This document shows, one piece after another, positions 28,969 through 41,284 of a stretch of DNA of 64,000 nt. The notes beneath the pieces are model-generated. The model had not been told where the DNA came from and did no database searches. It saw only the letters and a program-made list of their open reading frames with translations. This stretch comes from Bugula neritina (lineage: Eukaryota; Animalia; Bryozoa): positions 3,793,628 to 3,857,627 of the forward strand of contig OZ037771.1 in the NCBI GenBank assembly GCA_964035545.1. The letters are read 5' to 3'. The translations under genes were made by a program, and so were the position numbers. Position 1 is the stretch's first letter. Each line of letters begins with the position of its first letter.

Positions 28969-29784
28969 AAGCACATGCTTAAGAACATCAACTAGTGTGT
29001 GACTATTATGATAGTTAGTGACAATTTGTTAGCAAATGACTAATAATTTCTTATTGTAGAAAACTTTGATATCTGTTAAAGAATGTAGTTTGTTTATGTT
29101 ACAAATGACATCAGTTTCACTGCTAAAATAAATTTAAAAGCCTCAGTTAACACTTTGTTATGTATCACATTTGTTAAGTCAGCAATAAGGCAGAGTACAT
29201 ATAGTAGTATTTGTATTTGTACACCTGCGCACTACACCTGTACATTAAATACACTAGACATCTGCACTGCAATCAATTGGTACATATGCTAATTCTACAT
29301 GGAATAAGTCAAGATGTCAAGTGAAATAAACATCTAGCAGGCAGGTATGCATTTGAACAAATAAATGAGAACAGCAATCAATAAACACCGTAATTAGCAG
29401 CAGTTGAAATAAAACTATAATATATGCATGGCATATAAACATAGTACTATATTTATATAGTTAACAAATGCATTCATTTAGCACAGCATCCATGTAAGAA
29501 ATGTTGTTTTAAAAACTTCACGTTGTATACAACTAGCTTATGAATGAAAATAATATAACAGAAATGTGGTAGATGTGGTGTAACCTTTCTGTTATAATGA
29601 GGTAGACACACCCCTTTACCTTCAGCTTATATATCAACTCTGCAGGTAATTTTACCATGTCTAACGATTAATCTACTGATTAAATTAATAAAATATAAAT
29701 TATAGGCAGCTTATGCTTAAATCTTACTCTTATATGACGCCTTCGCCTCTTTGTATTAGTAACAACTTTGCGCAACACAAAGCA

Positions 29785-29832
29785 TATAAATGCGAGCAAT
29801 TCTTGCCACAAGAAGCAAAGAAAGCTAGAAAG
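29785..29832 (+). promoter_or_regulatory. TATA box and short non-coding first exon of peroxidase 4
   Basis: TATAAAT then AAG|GTAAGG; duplicate of 24184-24231. Confidence 0.6.
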
Positions 29833-30374
29833 GTAAGGCAGAGTGAAAAGCACTGTACATGCAAAAAAATAGTAGTCAATTGATATTGTTTTATTATAAA
29901 AGAATAGTAGTATCTATATTCAACTATGAGATGAATTTTATTTTAAATTCGAGTAATTCCACAACTTACAATAATGTTATGACATGATGAATATTGGAGG
30001 TTGAGTTTTATTGGGTAAGTTTTATTATAATTATTGCTTTTTCTTCAAATTCAATTTGTTGATCATGGAGCTCTAATTCAATATTTTTGTCCCTTGGCAA
30101 CTTTTGTAGGAGTAAAAAGTTTGTGACTCACTAATTCTAAAATATTTTTTTGTAGAATATACTGTATTATTTCTAGAGTAAGAAATACCTGACAAATGTA
30201 TCACCAAAATAACTTTACATAACCAAATTGTAGTAATAGACTATTGCCTTTTTATACTATAGAATGTTTTTTTAATGCTAATACATTTATGTTAAGTAGA
30301 CACATCACAACTTTTCTAGTAATGTAAAAAATTGCAGTAAATGCTTTTAACTCCCTTTTAGATAATAGAATAAG

Positions 30375-33300
30375 ATGATTTCTTCAGCCATGTATATACT
30401 TGGATTCATCTTACTGCTCTTATCATCAACAGCGGAGGGTGTAACAACAGCCGAGGTAAATCATATCATAGACTGTGCCTCTTGGTAGTTCAGAACTTGC
30501 ACTATGAATTGTTTTCTCTCTACACTCTTGTTACTTTATTACCTCCCAGCTGAGGCTTTTCTCAGTTCTCTGGCCAGCTCAGAGTCATCCAGTGATTTAC
30601 ACGCAAAGCTGATTAAGTTTTCTAAAAGAATATATATATTGCAATGAACAGATAATGTAGTGACTGTTACTGTCAAGAATATAGCTGCTGTCCCACAAAA
30701 CATCCTAAATTTAGAAAAAACACTTTTTACATGCATTTACAAAATGAGTGTCTTATCTCTACACACTGACTGTAATTGCTAGGCAGTTATGGTCATACAA
30801 ACATACACTCACTATTGATTTGAAGGAAGCACAAGCAAGGGCATCATGTAGATCTGCATTATGGAATAACAGAGAAAACATTGCTGGGTTTGTGAGGCTA
30901 GCCTTTCATGGTTGTGTTGGTGGATGTAACGGGTGTGTCAACCTGAACCTGGTAGAACCAACAAACTTGGATCGACCAAACGCCGGTAAGTCACTAAACT
31001 GTCACTGAACAAAACTCAATAACAGTTTCAGGAATCAAGTGTAGAGTGAGCTTAAATACCTTTTACTGTTTTCTATTTGTTTTTTTAACAAACAGAAGTT
31101 AAGACATAAACTTACATGAAATATCTTTTGCTTGTAGCCTATCAATTGAATATTTTTTGTTTTTAAAAATCAAGTAAACTTGGGAGAAAACATCTCACGG
31201 GCTGTTTATTGCTACTTACTAATCAATCTAATGTTTTAAGGTGGTGGAAACTTAGTATCCAAACTGTTGTTTCAATTTTAGGACTAAAGAGGTATATTGA
31301 TAGTTTGGAAGGGCAAATAGCAGCTGGTGGTAAACCAGCCAGCATGTCTAGAGCAGATTTCTGGATTCTATGCTCTGTGGAAGCTCTGCAGACTGCAAGA
31401 CAAGGCGCAGGTATAATTTTCTTACTACAATCTTAATGTGATGCTGACAGATTTTTGTATATTATTTGCGCCTACAAACTTAATTTATCTAAAAATTAGT
31501 AGAGAGTAAAGAAAATTAGCTTTATAGATGAGCACCTGCATGAGTCAACTAGGCTAATTGTGAATTATTGTAAAATGCTGACTTCTTATTTGGACAGGAA
31601 GAGATCCTCTGAATATTAATATGGTTTACGGAAGACAGGATTGCCTTGATGGTCCATACACTGCATCTACAGTAAATGCGGCTAACTTTCCAGACCCCCG
31701 CCAAGGACTAAATGTTACATTGAAATGGTGCTTAGATACATTTGAACTCGATAGCCAGTTTTGTGTAGCACTACTTGGTAAGTTTAATCGCATATCTGTA
31801 GCTTCTATTTATTGTCAACTTTAAATGAAGTCAAAATCATAATGATAATGTGAAGTAAGGTCATCGGTAATCTACTTATTTAGTGGTTTTTAATCCTCAT
31901 AAAACTTAACAGCATAAGAACTTATTTTACACTTCCTACAAAACATACTACTATCATAGAATTTTCAAGTTCAAACTGATTTTATTGACTGCAGTCAACA
32001 CTTTAGTGTCTTTTTGTAATGTACCTAAGTACTTAGCAGCTTATAATTAATGACAGCTAAACACCCCTCCCCTTAGAAACTAAAGGTAGTTTCATAATCT
32101 TTGGTTATTATAATATAGGAGCTCACACACTGGGGAGGGCAAGGAAAGAAGCTTCGGGGTTTGAAGGAGCCTGGGTTCCAATATCTGGCGAGCTCCTATT
32201 GAATAATGCTTTCTATGAGGAGTTAGTCATAGGACCCTGGGTTCAGGTATATTAGTTATATTAAGCTAAATTATGTATGCAATTCAAGAGGCTTAGTCAA
32301 CCAATCACCTATAGGATCAGGTTGATTTATGGTACACAAGTGTTGCTGTTGAAAAACTTTCAACTTTGTATCCAATCTCATTAGTCACTGCTGTTGGTGC
32401 CTGAAGAAAACAACAGCTAAGTTTAAACTGTAAAATAATTGCCTCCACCGGGATTCGAACCACATACCTCTGGCTTGCAAACAGGTGCGATAACCAATTA
32501 CACCACAGGGGCTTCGGGATTCCTAACAACAGCAACCTTTGAGTTTAATTGAGTGTTAAAGCCACATTTTATTAGCCATTATTTATTAAGCTTCCCTTAA
32601 TCCTAAAAAGTTTATAATATAAGCTTTTAATTAATGTATAAATGCATTTAAAAGCTTGGAGTATTCTTCTCTTGCAATCCTTCTGCCTGTTAACGCTTGA
32701 AGTTTTATATTTATGAATGTTGTGGAATATTGTTTTATCATAATTGAACACCACTGTAGGTGGTGTGATTCAAACTTTGCTCACTTTTCACAATTTTTAT
32801 GCAACAAATTTCTAAACAATTAACAAGTAAGACAGCAAAGAAAAATTATATAATAACTATTTGATAGCAAGTAAAAAAATTGAAGTGGCTATGCACATTT
32901 CTGGCATATATACACCAGGTATTTATTTTAGGTTGATAAAAACCCAAGTAGCACTCAAGGTGAACAGAGATGGCAGTTTGAGAAGAGTGTTGCAGGAGAG
33001 CCGAATATTTTAATGCTGAATGTAGACATGTGTTTACTAAAAGACATTCAGCCACAAGCCAAATCTGGCATGTAAGCAAATCCTATTTTAGCTACATACA
33101 CCATCTAAATTAATCTAGGAAGTAGAATACAGCATTTTCAAAATGTAGAAAGCTTTACTGTGGTTTTATAAGATAAATTATTTTAGGTGAACACATTTTT
33201 CAAATTCAAAAGAAATAAGCTATTGAAATGTTGGTAATTTCTACTCACCATGCTTAAATTCGAGAGAGTTACAACTGCCTTATGCCATCAATAATTTTCT

Positions 33301-33979
33301 CCTAGAACCGAAAGTATAGCTAACAAAAATGTGGAATTTTATTAAATATAATAATTGTGTCCCAGTTTTGACTGGCTATAAATACTAAATTATTTAATTT
33401 CTTAGAGTTATACCACCAAACCTTATTGGCATTCCTGATTCCCCCACTGCTTCGCTTGTAAGATTGTATGCTTTAGATGATAGAGCCTGGATTAGGGATT
33501 TTACTCATGTAAGTAGTATTTCATTATAAATTTCATTAGCTCTTGTATATTTAGAGTTAATATGAGTTAATATATATTATATTTTATTTTATGTTAATTT
33601 TAGGCGTTTAATGTTATGATAAACAGGCTGAGTACTGCAGTTTTTCTCACAGGCGCCACAGGTAAGCTGAAATTAAAATGCTTCAGGTAAAAATATCGGA
33701 TTAAATTCCCACTTAAAAGAAAGAGCTGCACATGAAAACCAATCATATTAACCAAGTTTAAATAAGGAATTAAGTTAAAATATTATGGCAAGTATTCTCC
33801 CAACATTTATGACTTCAGGTAAAAATCTACCTCAAAGAAACTTATCACCACGTAGAAACTTGGCATTTCCTAGAAACCGACTACCTTTTGGGAATCAGAG
33901 AAGACGTAGTAAGCTTAAAAAATTTCAAGAAAGCAGGCTTAGGAACATCACAGCACCAACTTATAATTTCTTATTGTAG
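30375..33979 (+). CDS. Secreted non-animal heme peroxidase, paralog 4 (recent duplicate of paralog 3), 379 aa, FHGC variant with shortened tail
   Basis: Exons 30375-30455, 30826-30985, 31282-31410, 31598-31777, 32119-32246, 32932-33071, 33406-33508, 33604-33661, 33819-33979 (1140 nt, no stops). RLAFHGC, GAHTLG, SGFEGAW, MLNVD. The last-exon acceptor is inferred. Confidence 0.85.
32440..32512 (-). pseudogene. tRNA-like pseudogene or tRNA-derived SINE head
   Basis: Minus strand GCCCCTGTGGTGTAATTGGTTATCGCACCTGTTTGCAAGCCAGAGGTATGTGGTTCGAATCCCGGTGGAGGCA then TTTT. Good A/B boxes and tRNA length, but acceptor, anticodon and T stems are mismatched. Confidence 0.7.
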
Positions 33980-34404
33980 AAAACTTTGAACATCAACTAG
34001 TGTGTGACTGTTATAATTAGTGACAGGTTTTTAGCAAACAACTTATAGTTTCTCATTGCAGAAAACTTTCATACCTGTTAAAAATTGTAGTTTATTTATG
34101 TTACAAATGACATCAGTTTCACTGCTAAAATAAATTTAATGGCCTCAGGTAACACTTTGTTATGTATCACATTTGTTGAGTCAGCAATAAGGCACAGTAC
34201 TTATAGTAATATTTGTATTTGTACACTTGCACATTAAACCTGTACATTAACTACACAAGTCATCTGCACTGTAACCGTTTGGTACATGACAAAAAACAAG
34301 TAGACTGAAAGCCTAGCAGGTAGATGTGCATTTCAAAAAACATATTAATATAAGTAGCAGCAGTTGAATATTTAAGTAAAAATATATAATCATGCATGAC
34401 ATGT

Positions 34405-34406
<2 letters not shown>

Positions 34407-34462
<56 letters not shown>
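34407..34462. repeat. (TA)n microsatellite
   Basis: Directly visible; lies at the end of the paralog 3/4 duplicated unit. Confidence 0.95.
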
Positions 34463-34463
<1 letters not shown>

Positions 34464-35201
34464 ATCTTAGCCACAAATTATAGTATATAAATAACACTAC
34501 AATAATTTAATTAGGCCTTTTCAATTATAATAAAACTCATTAGCCAAGGTATATGAACCAAAAGGTTTAAAAGGGCCCACCCCCCCCCCCTAACTGAGCT
34601 CAGCGTACCAGCTGCCTAGCTAAGAATCAGTAAACTTTTCAAATCAAATGCTCATCAAAGAAAGCTTAATTTTATCATAAATAAATATTACTCGGAAATT
34701 TTTCAACTTGATTGGCAAAATTACTATTAGAAAATTACTTAAACATAAACTAATAACCATAATAAATAAAAGCATACTGGTATATCAACACCAGGTAAGG
34801 CAAACATTTACGTATACCATTAAAAAAGAAGCAAAAAGTAGTTGATAATGAACTAAAAACATATGAAGTACTCAAATGCTTATAAACCCAACGCCATCGA
34901 TGATTTGTCTCTAACTAGTAAAAGAAAATATAAATCTCAGCCTATAAAAGACATATTTAGGACTATAACATCCCATCATAGGCTAAATTGTCAGTCAGGG
35001 TTAAAATAGCAGAGACTAAAACAGTAAAGTAGAGGAGAGAGCTGTGTTAGCAAAAAAGTTCATCAATACTGATACTAAGATTCCAAGATGACTGAATATC
35101 AAGGTTATAATATTTTGTATAAAAGTGAAGTCTTTTTACCATCTAATCTATTCACGTGAATGTGACAATGTTCTCGCAGTTGGGTGAAGGTCATTGCTGG
35201 G

Positions 35202-38200
35202 TCACGACTTTCTCCCGGACCAGACTCTAGAGAACACGCTCTTTACCGTCTGTTGAATACTCTGAAAACACCAAATAAGTTATAAATGATAAAGGAAATT
35301 ACAAATAGAAAGTCCAGTTAGGATCCAATTTAGCTAAAAAAATGTAATAGAATTATTTTATATTACAGGAATTAAATAGTTAATAGAAAGAGATCAAAAT
35401 TATGTTACACATATCTAGCTATATTCTATGTTGAATACTATAAAATAATACTGATGAAGATGACAGAATGGGTAAGGATTGTTAAAACATTATGTTATGA
35501 TATAAAAACAAGTGGTGATAATTAATGAACTATAACCACAAAAATGCATTCGACAAGACAATGGGACATGCTGACTGTAGCAAACAACATGAATATTACT
35601 AAAGGCAGCGTGTTTGAGGCATTAAACTGAACTGACAATGATATCCAGTGACTGTAGGACAGAGGTAACTACTGCTAGGTTCAAGGTCGTGACAACAACA
35701 ACTAAAGCAAACAAACTGGATTGCCTTTAGATATACCCAACAGAGACTGGCTTACAGGGGTGCGTGTACAATGTAGTACATGTAGACCATTCAGTTTACC
35801 TTTTAATAGCCCAGACTTCTAATAAACCCTAGAATCTGAAACATCGTACAAACTGATAGACTAGCAGATAAACAGTGCTACCAAATATGTCATATAATCA
35901 GGCAGACAACTCCTCAAGAACTCTTTGGTTTGGGAAATCCTACAGCAGACACAATTTGCTGCCGATATAACAATACACTAGAATATGGCCGTCACCTTAT
36001 TTCCTGTAGTCGTGGGGCTGAGATTAGAGACAGCCGGCTTCTTCTCTGGCATCGAATCAAGCAGCTTCTGGTATCTCAGCTAAAAACAGACATTACATAT
36101 AATTGTGAGCTGGATATGTTTTAGCATCAACATGACTTTACTAATACTTCACACAGAGCACCTGCTAGCACCAGTCTTACAAGCCGCTATTAATTTACTC
36201 AGAGCACCTGTTGGCACCTGCTGGCACCTGCTGGCACCTACCTTACAAGCAGCTTCTATCACTTTACACAGAGCACCTGCTGAAGGCTCACAATGAAAGA
36301 CATGCACCACAAACTCATCCTCAGCTGTATGAACTATGGTGCCCATCAGTCTAAAAAATGGGGCAAACATGCTTTTTACCTGTTTTAGCCAACATCAAAA
36401 CATATTCAAATTCTAATAACAGAGCAATATTTTACTAAACACAGTCAACGTATTAGTTTGCTGGACAAATAATTGAGCTTAGTTTAGACTGGTAGTCCTA
36501 AGACCTCTTAGATAGAGGAGTTGTGGGACTTTATCCAGACTTGAGAATTTGTTACTTCTTGTTATACGTGACGCCGGCTAGTATTCTATTACTATTAATA
36601 AGAGATTCACAACACTTGGCATTTCAGCTTGACCTCTTTAGCAAAACTTACTTGACGTCTTCAGCTGATATGCCAAAGAAAGTGAGAAAGCGAAGTCTGG
36701 TGTCCAGTTTGACGTCATTTTCGTCGGCGATGTTGACTACTCTGATGTCAGCAGATGAGACGGTAACGTTAGTCAGCAACCAGTCATCTCTGAGCATAAA
36801 ATATTACGGTAATATAGTAATATAGTGTAACAGTATGACATGACAATATAAATAATAATTATATAACAATATAATGCGCAGTATAGCATAATTAATGTAT
36901 ATTATATTTAATACAGTAGTATATATCATATGTAATACAATAGTATATTATTACATGTATACAGTAGTAGTGAAGTAGCCAACCTGTTTGTGGATCTGTA
37001 AACCTTTTCTATGGCAGCATTGACCACATCCATACCAGAGTGTTTGTGAGTCTGAGTTGAGCCTAAATAGTGGCACTTCTTCGTCTTTGATGAGGCGTTC
37101 ATGGCTGCTGGCAGCACAACTAGAAACCAAAGAGTATATAGACTAAATACAAAGAGTATATAGACTACATACAAAGAGTATATAGACTATATACAAAGAG
37201 TATATAGACTACATACAAAGAGTATATAGACTACATACAAAGAGTATATAGACTATATACAAAGAGTATATAGACTACATACAAAGAGTATATAGACTAC
37301 ATACAAAGAGTATATAGACTACATACACATCATGCATACCTTTACCCTTCTCTGCTATCAGCTCCAAAGCATGAAGACTGGAGTCATTTGGTTTATCAGG
37401 ACTAGGAGTCTTGTTCTTTCTTTCCTTAGCCAGCCGAGAGCAGATCTCCTTCAAAGTATTAGCGACATGCTTGGCGGGCACTTCACACCGGAACACGTGA
37501 CACTTGTGCATTCTAGTCACTGGGTCACGCGCCACGTACGCAAAGTCACTGAAATCATACACAGAGTCTACCATAAGAAACGAATTACAACCCTAATCTA
37601 ACTATTGGTTAAAACGACAAGGCAATGAAGATATCTATTTAGGGCAGAGTCTACCATAACAAACGAGCTAAAAACTGTGATCAAATTGAAGAAGTGATGG
37701 AGATATTTACTTACAAGCATTTAAAACAGTTCGCGCTAATATCAAGTTTCCAGTTCCTTATATAAAGTAAATGGTTGGAAATACTAATTGATATGTTTTT
37801 GTAAACAAGAAATATAATTTAAGTTGTCATAGAAATGTCATGTATTCTACCCCTGAACTCAAGTATTCTAGGTAACAATCGAGCCTTCAAGTGCATATTA
37901 AGTACTACTTAAGTCAGAGTGTACTCATAACTCACCAAGTGTTCTGACTCCCAACCCCCCACACTCTAATGGTGTGTATTGGCTGTACAGAGAGCACTGT
38001 GGTGGACACTGGGTCAACTAAACACAGTTCCTTGCCATCAATTTCCAGAGAGAGTTCCTTGCCCTACAGAGAGAGGGGGACGTCGCATAGGAAATGTAGG
38101 CTATTGAAGTCAACATACTATATTACTAGCTATAAACAGTTTAGACTGAGTACCATGCCACTAAAAGTAGACTGGGCACCATACTTATACCAGAGTAGAC

Positions 38201-40590
38201 TGAATAGCATACTACTAACATATTAGACTGAGTACCATACTACTAACATATTAGACTGAATAGCATACTAGTAACACTGAAGACTACCTCGGTGTGCCAG
38301 GCCGTCCCATCATTAGCTTTGCCACTCGACAGATCCATGATGCATCTATTAATAGATCGGCAGCTGGTCTCCTGGTCCTGAAGGTCGGACTCGGTCATCG
38401 CCGCCCATCCTATAGAGTGGACTGAGAACTTAATGGGCTGCTCTGGATGATTGTAGGGCACTGTGTCACCCGCCCCTCCTCCGCCATTGATTGATCTGAA
38501 CACAAAACCACAGGAAACATAAGCTCGAATACTTAATTTTTTTCTATATATTCTCGAAACTTTAAGATACTCAGTTTTATATGCCCGGAGGTACAATACA
38601 TGTAGATAGGAGTTATGCACACTTGCTAATACTACATAAAAACAAGTAACACTGCAGCATAAAACACCAAGAAAGTCATTACCTCAACCAACTACGTGCA
38701 AGAGAAAAGATGATACACTCTGTAGTACTCTGTAGTACTCTGAAGTACTCTGAAGAGTGAGTAACTAGCAGCTACAGTTGTGGATATGAAACTCAGTGAT
38801 ACTTACAGTGATTTGATTGTTTTATCAGCCAAGTTTATTAGGCTACTCTCCATAGACTTGAGATGATCGGCTGGGGAAGACAATTCCTATAAATAGGTTG
38901 AACATGAGGGGATAATTCTCTATGAAACAGTAGAAAAACTATATCCACAGTACACTATACTCACAGTACACTATACTCACAGTATACTATACTCACAGTA
39001 CACTATACTCACAGTACACTATACTCACAGTACACTATACTCACAGTACACTATACTCACAGTACACTCTACTCACAGTACACTATACTCACAGTACACT
39101 ATACTCACAGTACACTATACTCACAGTACACTATACTCACAGTACACTATACTCACAGTACACTATACTCACAGTACACTATACTCACAGTACACTATAC
39201 TCACAGTACACTATACTCACAGTGGGTGTATTACCATCTGTATACTCAGGCCTATCTCTCTGTATTCTGCCAGTGCGGATATGCCAATAATATTCCCCTT
39301 CCTCATCTACACACCTCTTCCACCCCACAGGAAGTACTGGCTCTTCCTCTTCCTGTATCCATAGCAACGCAATAAACACTGTCCATAGCAACGCAATAAA
39401 CACTGTCCATAGCAACACAATAAACACTGTCCATAGCAACACAATAAACACTGCCCATAATAACGAAATACATTATACATAGTAACAGCAGCATACTGCT
39501 TCCAATATAGAAACAACAGCTGTGTCACCACAAGAGCAGATTAGTAAAGAGATCACATGTCATCTATACTAGCTATGTCCTGTAACAAGTCACCCCGCTG
39601 ACTACCGACGGCAGCATTCTATAGAACAGCTGTCAGCTAGACTAGCCCAGACTTGCCCACTCAGTTTTGTAATAAAAAACATCATTATTGAAACACTAGG
39701 TTGTAGGGAAAACAGCAGCACCAAACACACTAAATCCTTTATACGAAAAGTAACTATAAACTACCTTCTTTTCAAGAGTTTTCTCAGGAGACTTGCGAGA
39801 CTTATCTATGACGGCGTATATGTCCTCACTGTTGTTGAGTACCATTGACTTAGCAGGGGAACTTGTACTACCACCCGTGGGCTCTGAAGGACTTGGGGCT
39901 ACACTGCCAGAATCTAAATCGTCTCCACATGAATCGCTACAAGCAATTATACCTTATATACTCTTATAGTAAATCTGGGGGCTGGCCGACTAAGACTACC
40001 CTTCTCTCTTCCTGTGCATACACAACAGTTTTAACATGACCTTCTCGAGAAAATGCAACTTGGCAGGAAAATTTGATTTAAAATTAAATGTCTACAAGCA
40101 AAAAGAAAAAAAATTTTCTTAGTCCACCATGAAAACCTCCAAAGGCTGAGAGTATACCCTGAAAACCTTACAAACTGGTGCTAATAGAATAATAGAAAAT
40201 AGATAAATTTCTCTGTTTTAATATTTTCATGATCACCTAAAGCCACATTTTAATGTCATAACAATTAATAATAAGTTTCAAAAATAAACAAAGGTATTTC
40301 CTGAGCCAATGCACTTGTTAGTTTTGTAAAGTGCACAAAAAATGGAGCTTTCACTATAAGAATTGTCTTTTTCATGTAAAAATTTTTGTAGGGTTTCCCT
40401 AAAAGAAAAAATTAAAGCTAGTTCCATAATAAAACTACCACCAATAAGTACCATGATACCTGTTGGATGTGAGGAGGGAAACATCCTCATAAGAAAATTC
40501 TACTTTAGACTTAGCAGAGTCTGAAGTTTCCAGAACTTCATCAGCAGAGGCATAGAGTGGGTCCTCATCACTGCCACCCTCTAAAGACAT
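35202..40590 (-). CDS. APBB: Fe65/APBB family amyloid-precursor-binding adaptor (WW + PTB1 + PTB2), ~528 aa
   Basis: Exons 40590-40460, 39936-39765, 39352-39221, 38886-38807, 38495-38288, 38063-37936, 37548-37340, 37119-36984, 36789-36652, 36350-36242, 36079-35996, 35261-35202 (1587 nt). WW LPVGWKRCVDEEGEYYWHIRTGRIQRDRP; PTB1 IRVWGVG...DFAYVARD...KCHVFRC; PTB2 YLGS...RLRFLTFFGI...HVFHCEPSAGAL...LRYQK. The start codon is less certain. Confidence 0.9.
37126..37326. repeat. 22-bp minisatellite (ACAAAGAGTATATAGACTACAT)n, ~9 copies, filling an APBB intron
   Basis: Directly visible. Confidence 0.95.
38947..39223. repeat. 16-bp minisatellite (CACAGTACACTATACT)n, ~17 copies, starting at the WW-exon splice donor
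   Basis: Directly visible; on the minus strand each unit contains ACT|GTGAGT. Confidence 0.95.
39359..39465. repeat. 24-bp minisatellite (CCATAGCAACRCAATAAACACTGT)n, ~4 copies
   Basis: Directly visible, adjacent to the WW-exon acceptor. Confidence 0.9.
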
Positions 40591-41284
40591 GACTACTGCT
40601 CTAGGAAATCAGGCTAGTCGTTTCTATCTACAGACAGAGTGATAAAATATTAGTTGATGCTGTCAACAGCTTGTACAGTGCGTTGATAAACATGCTAGAG
40701 ATAACTCAAGAGCAGCAATGAGATATCATTGTACACGAATAATCTTACAACTTTATCAGATTAGATATGTTATGCGTTCAGCAAAATCTAATGTACTGTA
40801 AAAACTATACGATTGGCAAAGATAAGCTGAGAAACTAGAAACTTTGCACAGTCTAAAAATATTCTTACAAAAACTCAGCCAAAATAAATAGCCCAGCATA
40901 TTTAGTTTCTCTACTATTCCCAAATCCCATAGAAAGCTGTGAAGTAGCCATAGACTGTTGGGTAGTATTGACTATATTACTATTATAGGCTAATAGAAGA
41001 TACCCAGTACACCAGAGTATAGATTCCCTATGGCCTTCCTTTACTATTTAATAACAAATCTACATCACAAGTATCTTACATAAGTTGATATTCAATTTAT
41101 TTGAAGTCTTTGGTCTCACAGGTAAATTTAGAAGATGTTAGTAAACAGTTTCAATCAATTAGAATAAGAAAACAGAACTATTCCCACCCAAATCACCGAG
41201 TTAGAGGTTTAGCAACTCCAACTTCTAAGACTTCCTAGATCAATAAATACCGCAGCTCTTAACTACATTAAACTTTGAACAACT

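Noticed and set aside
28601-29002. Alternative-frame repeat ORFs (VETYHLR)n and (EVVGFYP)n
   Set aside because: Shadows of the 21-bp repeat; only the RNLPPQG frame fits the phase-1 splice from exon 8.
30375-33979. Calling paralog 4 a pseudogene
   Set aside because: All nine exons are stop-free with canonical splice sites and retained catalytic His/Arg.
11822-33979. Plant or algal contamination as the source of the peroxidases
   Set aside because: Same AT-rich intron style as the neighbours, repeat families shared with the flanks, and contiguity with metazoan Fe65/APBB.
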